Assembly: GCA_040773245.1 (NCBI GenBank) | Contig: JAXGWO010000014.1 | Coordinates: forward strand, 707 to 64,706 | Length of the DNA: 64,000 nucleotides | Source: PVC group bacterium | GTDB taxonomy: Bacteria > Auribacterota > Erginobacteria > Erginobacterales > Erginobacteraceae | Direction of reading: 5' to 3' | Shown here: positions 44,532-54,236 of the stretch, piece by piece | Position numbering within the stretch: position 1 is the first letter of the stretch | How the letters are laid out: each line of letters opens with the position of its first letter | Program-made: the position numbers and the translations under genes | The notes under the pieces: model-generated | Database searches by the model: none | What the model was told of the DNA's origin: nothing | What the model saw: only the letters and a program-made list of their open reading frames with translations

Positions 44532-46622
44532 ATGACCGGAATAAAAAAAATCGGATTTGGCGGAGCATTACAAACCGGTATTTTCCTCGGCCTGCTGGGC
44601 TCACTCTCCCTGGTTATGTTGGAGGCAGGATATTTTCTCCTCAGCGGGAAACGGCTTCTCTTCAGCAGTCCCGGGGAATACAGGCTTTTCCTCGTTTATC
44701 TGACCGGACTGCTCGTGTCTCTGGGGGCCATAATTGGGATTATGGAGGGAATTTTTTCCTGGCTGGTCTTCCGGCTTCCCTTTGGACGCCATCGCATCCG
44801 TCCGAATGCCCCGCTGATAGCGGCTACATATGTACTCGGCCTATACTGCTACGTTATTTTCCGCAATGCGGTCCTGACCAACCTCTACCACCCTACAGAG
44901 AGCCATCTTTATCGACAGATCTTCGTCTTCGCCTCTTTGGTCTGCCTTCTCACTTTTGTCCCCCTTTGCGCCCTGCAAAACCAGAGGCGCCGTTTAGCCC
45001 AAGGCTTAAAAATTGTGCGCGGGGGTTCCGCCACGCGACGGATCGGCCGGATCCTCGCCACGGGAATCTTCTTGATGGTTCTGTACTGGGCTGACGCTTC
45101 TTTCTTCCATCGTGCATTTCCTTACCTGCATAATATGATTTCGCTGGTGCTCTTCTGGCTGGGGCAATACTTCCTTCTTTGCCTCGTCGCCGAATTTTCC
45201 CCGCTTAATCCGCGTTTCCAACAGAAAGCTTTACTGCTCTTCGGCGCTCCGATCCTCATCGCCACCCTGACTTTCACTCTCTGCCGTTTTGGTGACAACC
45301 AAAAAGTGAAACGGATCGTTCTCCTGGAAACTCCGTTCCAGAGCAAAGCAATCCAGTGGATCCATCGCCTAGTAGACTTCGATCGCGACGGCTATTCACC
45401 AATCCTGGGGGGCGGGGACTGCAACGACCGCAACCCCGCCGTCAACCCGGGGGCTTACGACATCCCCGGGGACGAAATCGACCAGGATTGTTTTGGCGGT
45501 CCGAGAATGCCCCGATTCGGAAAGGAGGTTCTCCGCGTCGGGCCGGTCCCCGAAATCGCCAACGTCATATTTATCACCATCGACGCCGTCCGTTATGACC
45601 ACGTTGGCTGTTACGGCTACCAACGCCGGACCACGCCCAATCTCGACCACTTGGCTGCCGGGGCCGCCCGCTTTGTCGAGGCATACAGCCAATCGACAAA
45701 TACCATTTTCTCCTTTAATTCGGTGATGACTTCCCTGATCCCGCTGGAGGCGGAGAAACTGGATATTGTTCACACTCTTCCCGAGATACTGAAGCAGGCG
45801 GGCTGGACAACCACAGTCATCGCCCCGAGGATTCGATTCGAGGTCTACTATTTCCGCCACCTGTTTTACCGCGGATTCGACCATAAAGAATTTCCAGTGG
45901 TGCCTCCGCCGATCACCGATCAATCCACCACCCAGAAACTGACGGAAAAGGCGCTGGAATTTCTCCGCAGCGAGCACGAACGACCGTTTTTCCTCTGGCT
46001 GCATTACTACGATCCTCACGCTCCATACCTACCCAATCCGGAATCTCCAAATTGGGGGGAGGATGCGATCGATCTCTATGACGGTGAGATCCTCCGGGTC
46101 GATGCCGGTATAGGGAAGATTCTCGACTGTCTCCGGGAAACCGGCCTGTTCAATCGTTCTCTGATTGTGGTCTTTGCCGACCACGGAGAGGAATTCGGCG
46201 ATCACGGGGGGAGATCCCACGGCACCACTCTCTATCAAGAAGTCCTCCGGGTTCCGCTGATCGTTCGGATCCCGGGGGCCGAATCCAGAACGGTCGCAAT
46301 CCAGGCGAGCTTAATCGATCTTCCGCTCACCGTCCTCGACGCGATCGGCCTCCCCCTCCCCCGCCGGACGCAGGGGATAAGCCTTCTCCCCGCAATTCTC
46401 GGATTTGAAACCCGGGAGCGGGATGAGGGAATTTTCGCCGAGAATCTGCTGGCGAAAAAGCGAGCCATCCTTTACGGAGACTGGAAACTGATTTACGATT
46501 ACCGTCACGTCACCTTCGAGCTTTATAACCTGGCGGAAGATCCCGATGAAAAGAGGGAAATCTTTGACCGGGAACCGGCCCGGGCGGCCGACCTGATCCG
46601 CCGACTCGCCGCTTACTATTGA
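44532..46622 (+). CDS. Membrane-anchored sulfatase-like hydrolase/transferase with a MopE-type metal-binding motif
   Basis: N-terminal TM helices; DFDRDGY...GDCNDRNPAVNPGAYDIPGDEIDQDC; ITIDAVRYDH, FFLWLHYYDPH, YDGEI, ADHGEEF, HGTTLYQE; no CxPxR. Confidence 0.85.
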   Translation: MTGIKKIGFGGALQTGIFLGLLGSLSLVMLEAGYFLLSGKRLLFSSPGEYRLFLVYLTGLLVSLGAIIGIMEGIFSWLVFRLPFGRHRIRPNAPLIAATYVLGLYCYVIFRNAVLTNLYHPTESHLYRQIFVFASLVCLLTFVPLCALQNQRRRLAQGLKIVRGGSATRRIGRILATGIFLMVLYWADASFFHRAFPYLHNMISLVLFWLGQYFLLCLVAEFSPLNPRFQQKALLLFGAPILIATLTFTLCRFGDNQKVKRIVLLETPFQSKAIQWIHRLVDFDRDGYSPILGGGDCNDRNPAVNPGAYDIPGDEIDQDCFGGPRMPRFGKEVLRVGPVPEIANVIFITIDAVRYDHVGCYGYQRRTTPNLDHLAAGAARFVEAYSQSTNTIFSFNSVMTSLIPLEAEKLDIVHTLPEILKQAGWTTTVIAPRIRFEVYYFRHLFYRGFDHKEFPVVPPPITDQSTTQKLTEKALEFLRSEHERPFFLWLHYYDPHAPYLPNPESPNWGEDAIDLYDGEILRVDAGIGKILDCLRETGLFNRSLIVVFADHGEEFGDHGGRSHGTTLYQEVLRVPLIVRIPGAESRTVAIQASLIDLPLTVLDAIGLPLPRRTQGISLLPAILGFETRERDEGIFAENLLAKKRAILYGDWKLIYDYRHVTFELYNLAEDPDEKREIFDREPARAADLIRRLAAYY

Positions 46623-46623
46623 T

Positions 46624-47874
46624 ATGAACAGGAGCAGTTCAATCCGATTGTTGATCGTCATCCTCCTCATTTCCTTCGGGGGCAAGGTAATGTATTCCCA
46701 TATCCTCTCCCGGAGAATGGATGAGCTGGTCATCTCCGATATGCGGACCTATGACCTCCTGGCGGTCAACCTGATCGAAAAAGGCTACTATGGAATAGAC
46801 AAACCCTGGTCCTACCGCCCACCGCTCTATCCATTCTTCCTGAGTCTGGTCTACCGCGTCTTCGGCCATTCTCACTCCGTGGCCCGCGTGGTCCAGGCGG
46901 CGCTGGCGACGCTTTCGACCCTATTGGTCTTCCTGATCGCCAAGGATGTTATCGGTTCCGTCGGAGCTCTCCTGTCGGCCTTCCTGACCGCGGTTGACTT
47001 TTCCCTCATCCACCTCTCCGGCCTCCTGCTTTCGGAAAACCTCTATATCCCGCTCAGCCTGCTCCTGATCCTGCTGCTGATGAAAGGCTTCCGGAAACCG
47101 GGCTGGCCGGTCTTCATCGGGGCCGGGATAACCGGAGGCCTGGCCGTCCTCTGCCGCCCGACCGTGCTGCCTTTCCTGTTTCTGACTGTTGTGATCCCGT
47201 TTATACCGGTCGCGGGTTTCGGCCGGCGCACCCTGAAGGGTGCGGCTACGGCAACCGGGGAAAAAGCCGGCCCCGACGTAGCCGCGGGCTTCAGCCCGCG
47301 CCGGATAAATGGCCTGGCGGGGTGGGCGGTGATGCTGGCGGCGGCCGGACTGACGATCGCGCCCTGGACATATCGAAACTGGCGGCTGCACGGGGACTTC
47401 GTCCCCGTCTCCACCAATGCCGGGACGATGCTCTGGATGGGCCTCCACCCCGGCGCCCCCGGCGGCTACCACTACCCGGATAACAGCACCAACCCCCTCT
47501 ACGAGATAAAGGATGAGGTGGAGAGGAATCGGGAGGGGATCCGGGAGTCGATCCGGTTTATCAGGCATAACCCCGGAGAATTCCTTCGGTTGACCGCGGT
47601 CAAGATGCGCATCTTCTGGGGCGGGTACCTCTTCACCTGGAGCGGACGTCAATGGGCGATATGTGGAATACTCGGATTCAGCGGATTCCTTCTCTCATTT
47701 AAGACCTGGCGGCGATGGCGGCTCCTCTACCTGTACCTTGGCTCCTTCATCGCCGTTCACTTCTTCGTCCACAGCGCGTCGCGTTACCGCCTCCCCCTCC
47801 ACCCTCTGGTCGCGATCTGGGCGGCACTTTTCCTGGTCCGGATGGCAACAGCAACGCTGCAACAAAGGAAGTAG
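46624..47874 (+). CDS. ArnT/PMT-like (GT-C fold) glycosyltransferase
   Basis: SDMRTY, YRPPLYPFFL, LLSENL, CRP, PWTYRNW, SRYRLP; multiple TM helices. Confidence 0.82.
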   Translation: MNRSSSIRLLIVILLISFGGKVMYSHILSRRMDELVISDMRTYDLLAVNLIEKGYYGIDKPWSYRPPLYPFFLSLVYRVFGHSHSVARVVQAALATLSTLLVFLIAKDVIGSVGALLSAFLTAVDFSLIHLSGLLLSENLYIPLSLLLILLLMKGFRKPGWPVFIGAGITGGLAVLCRPTVLPFLFLTVVIPFIPVAGFGRRTLKGAATATGEKAGPDVAAGFSPRRINGLAGWAVMLAAAGLTIAPWTYRNWRLHGDFVPVSTNAGTMLWMGLHPGAPGGYHYPDNSTNPLYEIKDEVERNREGIRESIRFIRHNPGEFLRLTAVKMRIFWGGYLFTWSGRQWAICGILGFSGFLLSFKTWRRWRLLYLYLGSFIAVHFFVHSASRYRLPLHPLVAIWAALFLVRMATATLQQRK

Positions 47875-47875
47875 A

Positions 47876-48508
47876 ATGAAGTCACAACGGAGAAGCCCGG
47901 ACGAAGAACTCGCCTTTCCGCTTCTTCACCGGAAGGTACTGGAGATTTGCGCCGCCTGGAGACGGGGATTGATCCTGGACGCCGCGGCAGGTTATGGCAT
48001 TCTTTCCAGGAATCTGCGGGGAATGGGATTCCGGGTAATCTCAACCGACCTGGAAGCCAGGCCGAACCTCCAGCCTGATCTGCAGTTCTTCCGAGCCGAT
48101 CTCAATCAGGACCTGGCCCTTCCGGGGATGACAGTCGATTATGTCGTTTCCCTGGAGACCATCGAACATCTGGAAAATCCCTGGCACTTCACCCGAGAAC
48201 TGGCCCGGATTCTTAAGCCCGGCGGGCGGCTGGTTCTCTCCACCCCGAATATCGATTATCTGAGCTGTAAGATCTTTTTTCTCCGGGAAGGGAGTTTCTA
48301 CCCATTCTTCAACCAGTGGCAATACAAGGTAATCGGGCACATTACCCCGCTCTCCCGTTACTACTTGACCCGGATCCTGGAGAAAGCGGGCTTCCAGATT
48401 GAGAAGTACTCTTACAACCGATACCGGATTCCGTTCTTCAAGATCCCGTCACCGCTGCGGTGGCCGATTTTCGGAGAATCCCTGATCATCCAGGCCGTGA
48501 AAAAATGA
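47876..48508 (+). CDS. Class I SAM-dependent methyltransferase
   Basis: ILDAAAGYG, DLNQ, ETIEHLENP, LKPGGRLVLSTPN. Confidence 0.88.
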   Translation: MKSQRRSPDEELAFPLLHRKVLEICAAWRRGLILDAAAGYGILSRNLRGMGFRVISTDLEARPNLQPDLQFFRADLNQDLALPGMTVDYVVSLETIEHLENPWHFTRELARILKPGGRLVLSTPNIDYLSCKIFFLREGSFYPFFNQWQYKVIGHITPLSRYYLTRILEKAGFQIEKYSYNRYRIPFFKIPSPLRWPIFGESLIIQAVKK

Positions 48509-50106
48509 GAACCGTAACCGGTAATCGCTGGCTGATTTGGCTGATCCTGATCACCGCCCTGGGGGGATGGCTCCGGTTTTCCGGCCTGGACTGGGGGCTG
48601 CCCTGGCGCTACCACGTCGATGAGAACGCCTTCATCAACACCGCCAACGCGATGAGGAAGGAGCCGATGCTCAATTACCTCAACCCGCGATGGTTTTACC
48701 ACCCGTCCCTGAACATCTACATCGTCACCTTTCTCTCCGGGATTTACTCCCTCTTCTTCCCCCTCACCCTCCCCACCGTCCACCTCCTGGGACGGATCAG
48801 CTCGGCCGCCTGGGGGACCCTCTCCATCCCCCTGATCTTCTTCCTGGGCCGCCGGCTTAACAACGCCCGGACCGGGATACTCGCCGCCCTCTTCCTCTCG
48901 GTCACCGTGATCCACGTCCAGATGAGCCATTTCTTCACCCCGGACGTGATGCTGGCCTTCTTCCTGATGGCGGTGACGTGGTTCTCCGTCGGGGCGATGC
49001 GGGCCGGGAGAAACCGGGACTACCTGGCGGCGGGGATCGCCGCCGGGGCGGGGATGGCCGGCAAGTACTGGGCCCCGGCGGTTCTGCCGCTTCTGACCGC
49101 TCACCTGATCCGGATGATCTCCGACCGGGCGACCGGGTGGAGAGATCAGCGAAAACTCCTGCTTGGTCTGCTCGCCGCCGGGGCGACATTTTTCCTGCTC
49201 TCTCCTTACATCATCCTCGACGCCGCCACCGCCGTCCCGGCCATCCTCTGGTGGGCGAGAAAGACCACCGGGGAGATCCCCCAGATCTGGGCTTACCATT
49301 TCCAGGGGACAGCTTCTTACCTCTTCCACCTGACCGATAACCTCCCCTGGGCAATGGGCTGGCCGCTGGCGCTGCTCTCGACCGGCGGATTGATCTTCTG
49401 CCTGGCAAGGCGAAAGAAGGAGGACATCATTCTCGCCGTCTGGATTGTTCTCAACTTCCTCCTGATCGGGAGCTGGTTCGTCAAGTCGATCCGCTACCTG
49501 CTGCCGATCACCCCCTTTCTCTGCCTGGCGGCGGCGGAACTGGCGGCGGAGATGATCTCCCGGAGAAACTGGAGGATCATAGGAACGGCGGCGGCCGGGG
49601 CGGCCTTTCTCTGGGGAGCCGTGTTCTCCACCGCCTTTATCTCCATCTACCGGGCTCCCCACCCCAAGAGCCAGGCTTCGGATTGGGTTTACCGGAACCT
49701 GCCGGCTGGTTCGCGCCTGGCCACCGACCGCTCGATCCCGCTCGGCGCGCGCAACGGCCTCCCCGAACTTTTCCCCGAGGAGGTCATCAGCTTCACCTAT
49801 CTCTTCGAGAGCAAACTCGGTCCGGCAGAGAAATCAGCTCACCTGGGAGGGATACTGGAGAGAAACGACTATGTCATTATCGCCGACGAACTCCCGGTCT
49901 ATTTCCGGAATCCCCGGCCCGAGCACCGGCCGGAAAAGGAGTTCCTGGAAAGGCTCTTCTGCGGCGAACAAGGTTTCAAGCTGATCAAGGTGTTCAAGGA
50001 ATACCCCAGGCTGGGGAACTGGGTAATCAACGACGACCGGGCGGAACTGTCCTTCCACTTCTTCGACCACCCGGGGATCTTCATCTTCGAAAAAATCAGA
50101 AAATAA
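48505..50106 (+). CDS. ArnT/PMT-like (GT-C fold) glycosyltransferase
   Basis: LRFSGLDWGLP..YHVDE, YHPSL, LGRIIS-like TM segment, SHFFTPD, GKY, RYLLPI. Confidence 0.85.
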   Translation: MRTVTGNRWLIWLILITALGGWLRFSGLDWGLPWRYHVDENAFINTANAMRKEPMLNYLNPRWFYHPSLNIYIVTFLSGIYSLFFPLTLPTVHLLGRISSAAWGTLSIPLIFFLGRRLNNARTGILAALFLSVTVIHVQMSHFFTPDVMLAFFLMAVTWFSVGAMRAGRNRDYLAAGIAAGAGMAGKYWAPAVLPLLTAHLIRMISDRATGWRDQRKLLLGLLAAGATFFLLSPYIILDAATAVPAILWWARKTTGEIPQIWAYHFQGTASYLFHLTDNLPWAMGWPLALLSTGGLIFCLARRKKEDIILAVWIVLNFLLIGSWFVKSIRYLLPITPFLCLAAAELAAEMISRRNWRIIGTAAAGAAFLWGAVFSTAFISIYRAPHPKSQASDWVYRNLPAGSRLATDRSIPLGARNGLPELFPEEVISFTYLFESKLGPAEKSAHLGGILERNDYVIIADELPVYFRNPRPEHRPEKEFLERLFCGEQGFKLIKVFKEYPRLGNWVINDDRAELSFHFFDHPGIFIFEKIRK

Positions 50107-50132
50107 CGTCACGAGAAAGGATCGGCGCCACA

Positions 50133-50250
50133 ATCGCTATCGCTATCGGTATCGCTATCGGAATCGAGATATGACCCGCCAAGCACGAGACGATATAATT
50201 TGCCGGACGACTGCTTGATAGCGATCCCGATTCCGATCCCGACCCCGACC
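50133..50250. repeat. Inverted arms built of 6-mers around a ~48-bp spacer
   Basis: atcgct atcgct atcggt atcgct atcgga atcgag (50133-50168); gatag cgatcc cgattc cgatcc cgaccc cgacc (50217-50250). Confidence 0.9.
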
Positions 50251-50289
50251 GGAAGCAGCATAACAAAATTTCTGCAGCCGATTTATCCG

Positions 50290-51501
50290 ATGAAAGTTTG
50301 GTTACTCTCTCACTCTTACCTCCCGGCCCGGGGGGGGATCGAAAACTACCTGCGGGAGTTATCCCGACGCCTGATCGGCCGGGGTTATCAACCTACCGTG
50401 ATCTGCCGCGGAGGAGCGGGCCGGGCCGAAGAGGAGGAGATCGAAGGAGTCCGGGTGATCCGCCACCCCGACTTCGCCGTTCCCCGGGCAAAACTATTCT
50501 CCAAGCACCTCTACCTGGCCGGAAAGATCGCCGGCTGGCTGGGGGAGCGCCCCTACTGCCGGGAAGGCTGGGCCCTCTGCCGCTACCCCCACTACCAGTT
50601 CGCCTTCTCCTCCATACCCGACCGCTGCCCGGGGATCTATCTTCCGGCGGCGGCCTGGCCGGCCCTGGCCCCGCTGGCGGCGGCGACCGGCGGGTGGAAG
50701 GAACGATGGTTCGAACTCTGGTGGCGCCGCCAGACCGCCTACCTGGAAAGGGAATCCCTCCGGCAGGCGGACCGGATTATGGTCTTCAGTCGGAATATCC
50801 GCCACCAGATGGAACGCCTCCACGGTATCGCCCCCCACTCCTTCACCATCAATCCTCCGGGGGTGGATCTCGACCGTTTCCACCCCCGGCCTCCGGATAA
50901 GGGGATCTTAGCCTCGCTGAGGCTCGATTCAGGTAAACCGCGGATCCTGTATATCGGCCGTTTCTCCCCGGAAAAAAACCTGGCCTTCCTCCTGCGTACA
51001 CTGGCTCCCCTGCTCCGGGAATCCCGGGCAGATCTGCTTCTGGCCGGCGAAGGTCCCTCCCGGCCGGCATTGGAACAGGAGATTGAACGACATAATCTGC
51101 ATCAGTCCGTCCGCCTGCTCTCGCCGACCGACCGCCCGGAAGACCTTTACCCTCTGGGGGATATCTTCGTCTCCCCCTCCCGTTACGAAGCATTCGGTCA
51201 GACGCTCCTGGAAGCGATGGCCTCCGGACTGCCGGTGGTTGCCCTCCAATCCGCGCCGCCCCGGATCCTGACGGCGGCGGAGGAGGTCATCGAAGATGGA
51301 CGGAGCGGTTACGCCGTCTCCGAGGATCCCGCCGACCTCCGCCAGAGGGTGGAGAATCTCCTCTCTTCCCCGCAGCTTCGGGATGAAATGGGCCGGCGCG
51401 GGCGGGAGATCTGCCGGGAGCACTTCAGCTGGGACCGCCATATTGAGATGATTCTGGACTCGATCCTCCAATTAGAGCAACGCGATGACCAAAGGAGCTG
51501 A
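50290..51501 (+). CDS. GT4 glycosyltransferase
   Basis: GGIENY, NPPGVDLDRF, YIGRFSPEK, YEAFGQTLLEAMASGLP. Confidence 0.9.
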   Translation: MKVWLLSHSYLPARGGIENYLRELSRRLIGRGYQPTVICRGGAGRAEEEEIEGVRVIRHPDFAVPRAKLFSKHLYLAGKIAGWLGERPYCREGWALCRYPHYQFAFSSIPDRCPGIYLPAAAWPALAPLAAATGGWKERWFELWWRRQTAYLERESLRQADRIMVFSRNIRHQMERLHGIAPHSFTINPPGVDLDRFHPRPPDKGILASLRLDSGKPRILYIGRFSPEKNLAFLLRTLAPLLRESRADLLLAGEGPSRPALEQEIERHNLHQSVRLLSPTDRPEDLYPLGDIFVSPSRYEAFGQTLLEAMASGLPVVALQSAPPRILTAAEEVIEDGRSGYAVSEDPADLRQRVENLLSSPQLRDEMGRRGREICREHFSWDRHIEMILDSILQLEQRDDQRS

Positions 51502-52675
51502 TATCCTCTTCCTCTCCGGGATCCGCTGGGAGTTCAGCTTCCAGCGCCACCAGCAGATCGCCTCCCTGCTGGCCCGGCGGCACCGGGTGCTCTTCTTCGA
51601 GATCGGGCTCTCTCCGGCCAACCTGGTCAAGGAACCGGCGGTGACGGTCAGGCACTGGAAACGTTGGCTGGCAGGACCGGAAGAGATCCGTCCTGGCCTC
51701 TACCGCTGCGTCTCCCCCCTCCTCCTGCCGCTGAACCGGAGCGTGACCGCCGTCAACCGGCTCAACCAGGGGATCACCTTCCGGGCCGCCCGGCGGGCCG
51801 GGGAGAAACTGGGGATGGCCTCGCCCCTCTTCTGGATCAGCGACCCTTACTTCTCCTTCTTCGCCCGGGGTCACGGTCAACCGTTGACGATCTTCGACTG
51901 GATTCACGACGAAGGGGGAACCGGGGGATCGAGACTGGACCGGGTCTACCGGCGGCTGCGGGAGGAGACGCTCCGGGGGGCGGATATCGTCTTCACCCCT
52001 TCGCGGGTGATATTCGAGCGCCACGGGCGGAACGACCCTCGTTTTCACCTGGTCCCGCACGGGGCGGACCTGCCGCCGGAGGCGGCGGCGGCCGGACCGG
52101 CACCGGAAGATGTCTCCTCCATCCCCTCCCCCATCATCGGTTTTGTCGGGACAATCGGCCCCGCGGTCGATCTCGAACTGCTGGCGTTCCTGGCGGACAG
52201 AAGAAAGGATTGGTCCTTTGTTCTGGTTGGAGAAGTCAGAAAAGCCGTCGGGGAACTGGCTGCCCGGCCCAATATTCATTTGCTCGGACCGAAAACCAGG
52301 GAGGAACTGCCACGCTACCTTGACACCTTCGCCGCGGGAATCATCCCCTACCGGGTCAACTCCCTGACCGAGACCGTTCACCCGGTCAAGACTTACGAGT
52401 ACCTGGCCGCCGGCCTCCCGGTCGTCTCCACCCGCTTGCCCGAACTTCTGCCCCTGGAAAGCATCATCCGGCTGGAGAACGGTGCCGAAGCTTTCCACCG
52501 TGCCCTGGCCCAAATCCTGGACGGAGACTCGCCGGAGGAAAAGAATTCGCGGATGAATTTCGCCCGGGCAAATTCCTGGGAGAGGCGGGTCGAGAAGATC
52601 GAGGGGATCATCGCCAGGGCGCTGACCGGTCAGTCTCCCGCCGGGGAGAAAGTGATCCGGTCGGTGACGTCGTAG
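51485..52675 (+). CDS. GT-B glycosyltransferase (GT4-like)
   Basis: QRHQQIA, LVPHGAD, IGFVGTI, HPVKTYEYLAAGLPVVST, ANSWERR. Confidence 0.85.
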   Translation: MTKGADILFLSGIRWEFSFQRHQQIASLLARRHRVLFFEIGLSPANLVKEPAVTVRHWKRWLAGPEEIRPGLYRCVSPLLLPLNRSVTAVNRLNQGITFRAARRAGEKLGMASPLFWISDPYFSFFARGHGQPLTIFDWIHDEGGTGGSRLDRVYRRLREETLRGADIVFTPSRVIFERHGRNDPRFHLVPHGADLPPEAAAAGPAPEDVSSIPSPIIGFVGTIGPAVDLELLAFLADRRKDWSFVLVGEVRKAVGELAARPNIHLLGPKTREELPRYLDTFAAGIIPYRVNSLTETVHPVKTYEYLAAGLPVVSTRLPELLPLESIIRLENGAEAFHRALAQILDGDSPEEKNSRMNFARANSWERRVEKIEGIIARALTGQSPAGEKVIRSVTS

Positions 52676-54177
52676 AAATCGTAACTGGTCGAGAAGCCCT
52701 TGTAATAGCTCCGGTCCGGGAGGAGCGGATAGTCCTGGCCGAAGTAGCGATTGAAGACCAGGCGGAAAGTGTTGACCGGCGTGATCGTGGGGTAGAGAAG
52801 ATTATTCCCGCCCCCGGGCAGGTGGTAGGCGTTCAGGATCCTCATCCTCTCCCGGAGGAACCGGTCGCTCGGGTTCCCGAAGCCGCCGACCGAGATCGGA
52901 CCGTGATCCCCCTGGATGATCACGATCGGGGCGGGGTCCGGGGAAGCCAGCAGGACCTTGAGCAGTTCCCTGACCTTCATATTGACGAAAGACACCTGGT
53001 CGGCGTACGCCTCCCGCCTCCCCTGCCCGGTCAGGCTCACCTTATCCACTTTGCGTTCTTCTCCTTCCGGGCCGAAGACATACGGCCCGTGGGGACAGAC
53101 CAGGTGGGCGAAGACAAACTTGGGGCCGGAGACCGTCCGGTGGACCTCGGCGATACCGGAGAAGATGCCGAGGATCCTCTTCCGGTGATTCCCCGCCAGG
53201 AGGTTAAGTACCCGGCGAAACGGCACCAGCAGGGTGGTCTGGGCCAGAACGACCGCGAACTCGTTGCCGTACCCGTACCGCAGCTCGAGATCGGCGTGCC
53301 GGTTTCGTTCGTTGCCGCTCCAGCCGGAATCGAAGTGGACGAATTTGTACCCCCGGCTCTTGAGGAACCGAACCGCCTTGTTATTCTCGATCAGGTAATA
53401 AAAAGCGACCGAAACTTCCGGCGAATCACCGTCACTGCCCCGGAGGTAATCAAGATACTCGAAATTCAGGGACGACGAGAGCGAGGGCGCGCTGAAAGGG
53501 TAATTGCTGCGTCCTTCCGCCACCACATAAAATCCCGCCTCCTCCAGGAATTTGATAAAATCGCCGTTATCGTAATCGTAGATATCCTTCAGGGTCTGGG
53601 TATGGGCATAGGCATCGAGGATGATATAGTAGATATCCGGATAGCCGCCCCGGTCGGCCGCGGCGACAAGAGCGGCTTCCGTGGGGACCTCTTCCGACGA
53701 CCGGCCCGGGGGGCCGCGGCGGAGCGAGTAGAGCAAAACGCTGCCCAGGGAGATCGCAACCAGCAGGATGGAAACCAGGTTGAGGATCGTGGTCAGCTTG
53801 TCCAGCTTTCTCGAGGTTTTAACCGTCCACAAGACTACAATTAACGTTGCCAATGCATAGACACCCAGCAGGTAGCGGTGCTGCCAGAGATTGAGACCGA
53901 AGGCGGTCATCCCGACCAGGGAATTATGGAGATGGCCGTAGGAAAAGAAGAGCAGAACCAGCAGGGCCACCACCAGGGCGGATTTCCGTCCGTTTCTCCA
54001 GACCAGGTTGAGCAAACCCCAGAGAAACAAGGTGCTCAGCAGGGCAACGGCCAGGGGCAGCAGGACCTGGTCCGGGGAGAGGGCTTCCTCCCGATTGTGG
54101 CTGAAGAGGAAGAGGATCGGGAAGACGGCGAAAAGAACCGGATGAAGAATAACCTGCCTGGGACCACTTCTGGACAT
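52630..54177 (-). CDS. Membrane-anchored sulfatase-like/LTA-synthase-like protein
   Basis: Several N-terminal TM helices; PDIYYIILDAY, RSNYPFS, FVFAHLVCPHGPY, IIIQGDHG, TPVNTFR. Confidence 0.82.
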   Translation of the reverse strand: MSRSGPRQVILHPVLFAVFPILFLFSHNREEALSPDQVLLPLAVALLSTLFLWGLLNLVWRNGRKSALVVALLVLLFFSYGHLHNSLVGMTAFGLNLWQHRYLLGVYALATLIVVLWTVKTSRKLDKLTTILNLVSILLVAISLGSVLLYSLRRGPPGRSSEEVPTEAALVAAADRGGYPDIYYIILDAYAHTQTLKDIYDYDNGDFIKFLEEAGFYVVAEGRSNYPFSAPSLSSSLNFEYLDYLRGSDGDSPEVSVAFYYLIENNKAVRFLKSRGYKFVHFDSGWSGNERNRHADLELRYGYGNEFAVVLAQTTLLVPFRRVLNLLAGNHRKRILGIFSGIAEVHRTVSGPKFVFAHLVCPHGPYVFGPEGEERKVDKVSLTGQGRREAYADQVSFVNMKVRELLKVLLASPDPAPIVIIQGDHGPISVGGFGNPSDRFLRERMRILNAYHLPGGGNNLLYPTITPVNTFRLVFNRYFGQDYPLLPDRSYYKGFSTSYDFYDVTDRITFSPAGD

Positions 54178-54236
54178 TACCGAAGACCCTGTCTTGATTT
54201 TGGCCGATTGTAACACGGGGCACCATCCGGACCATA

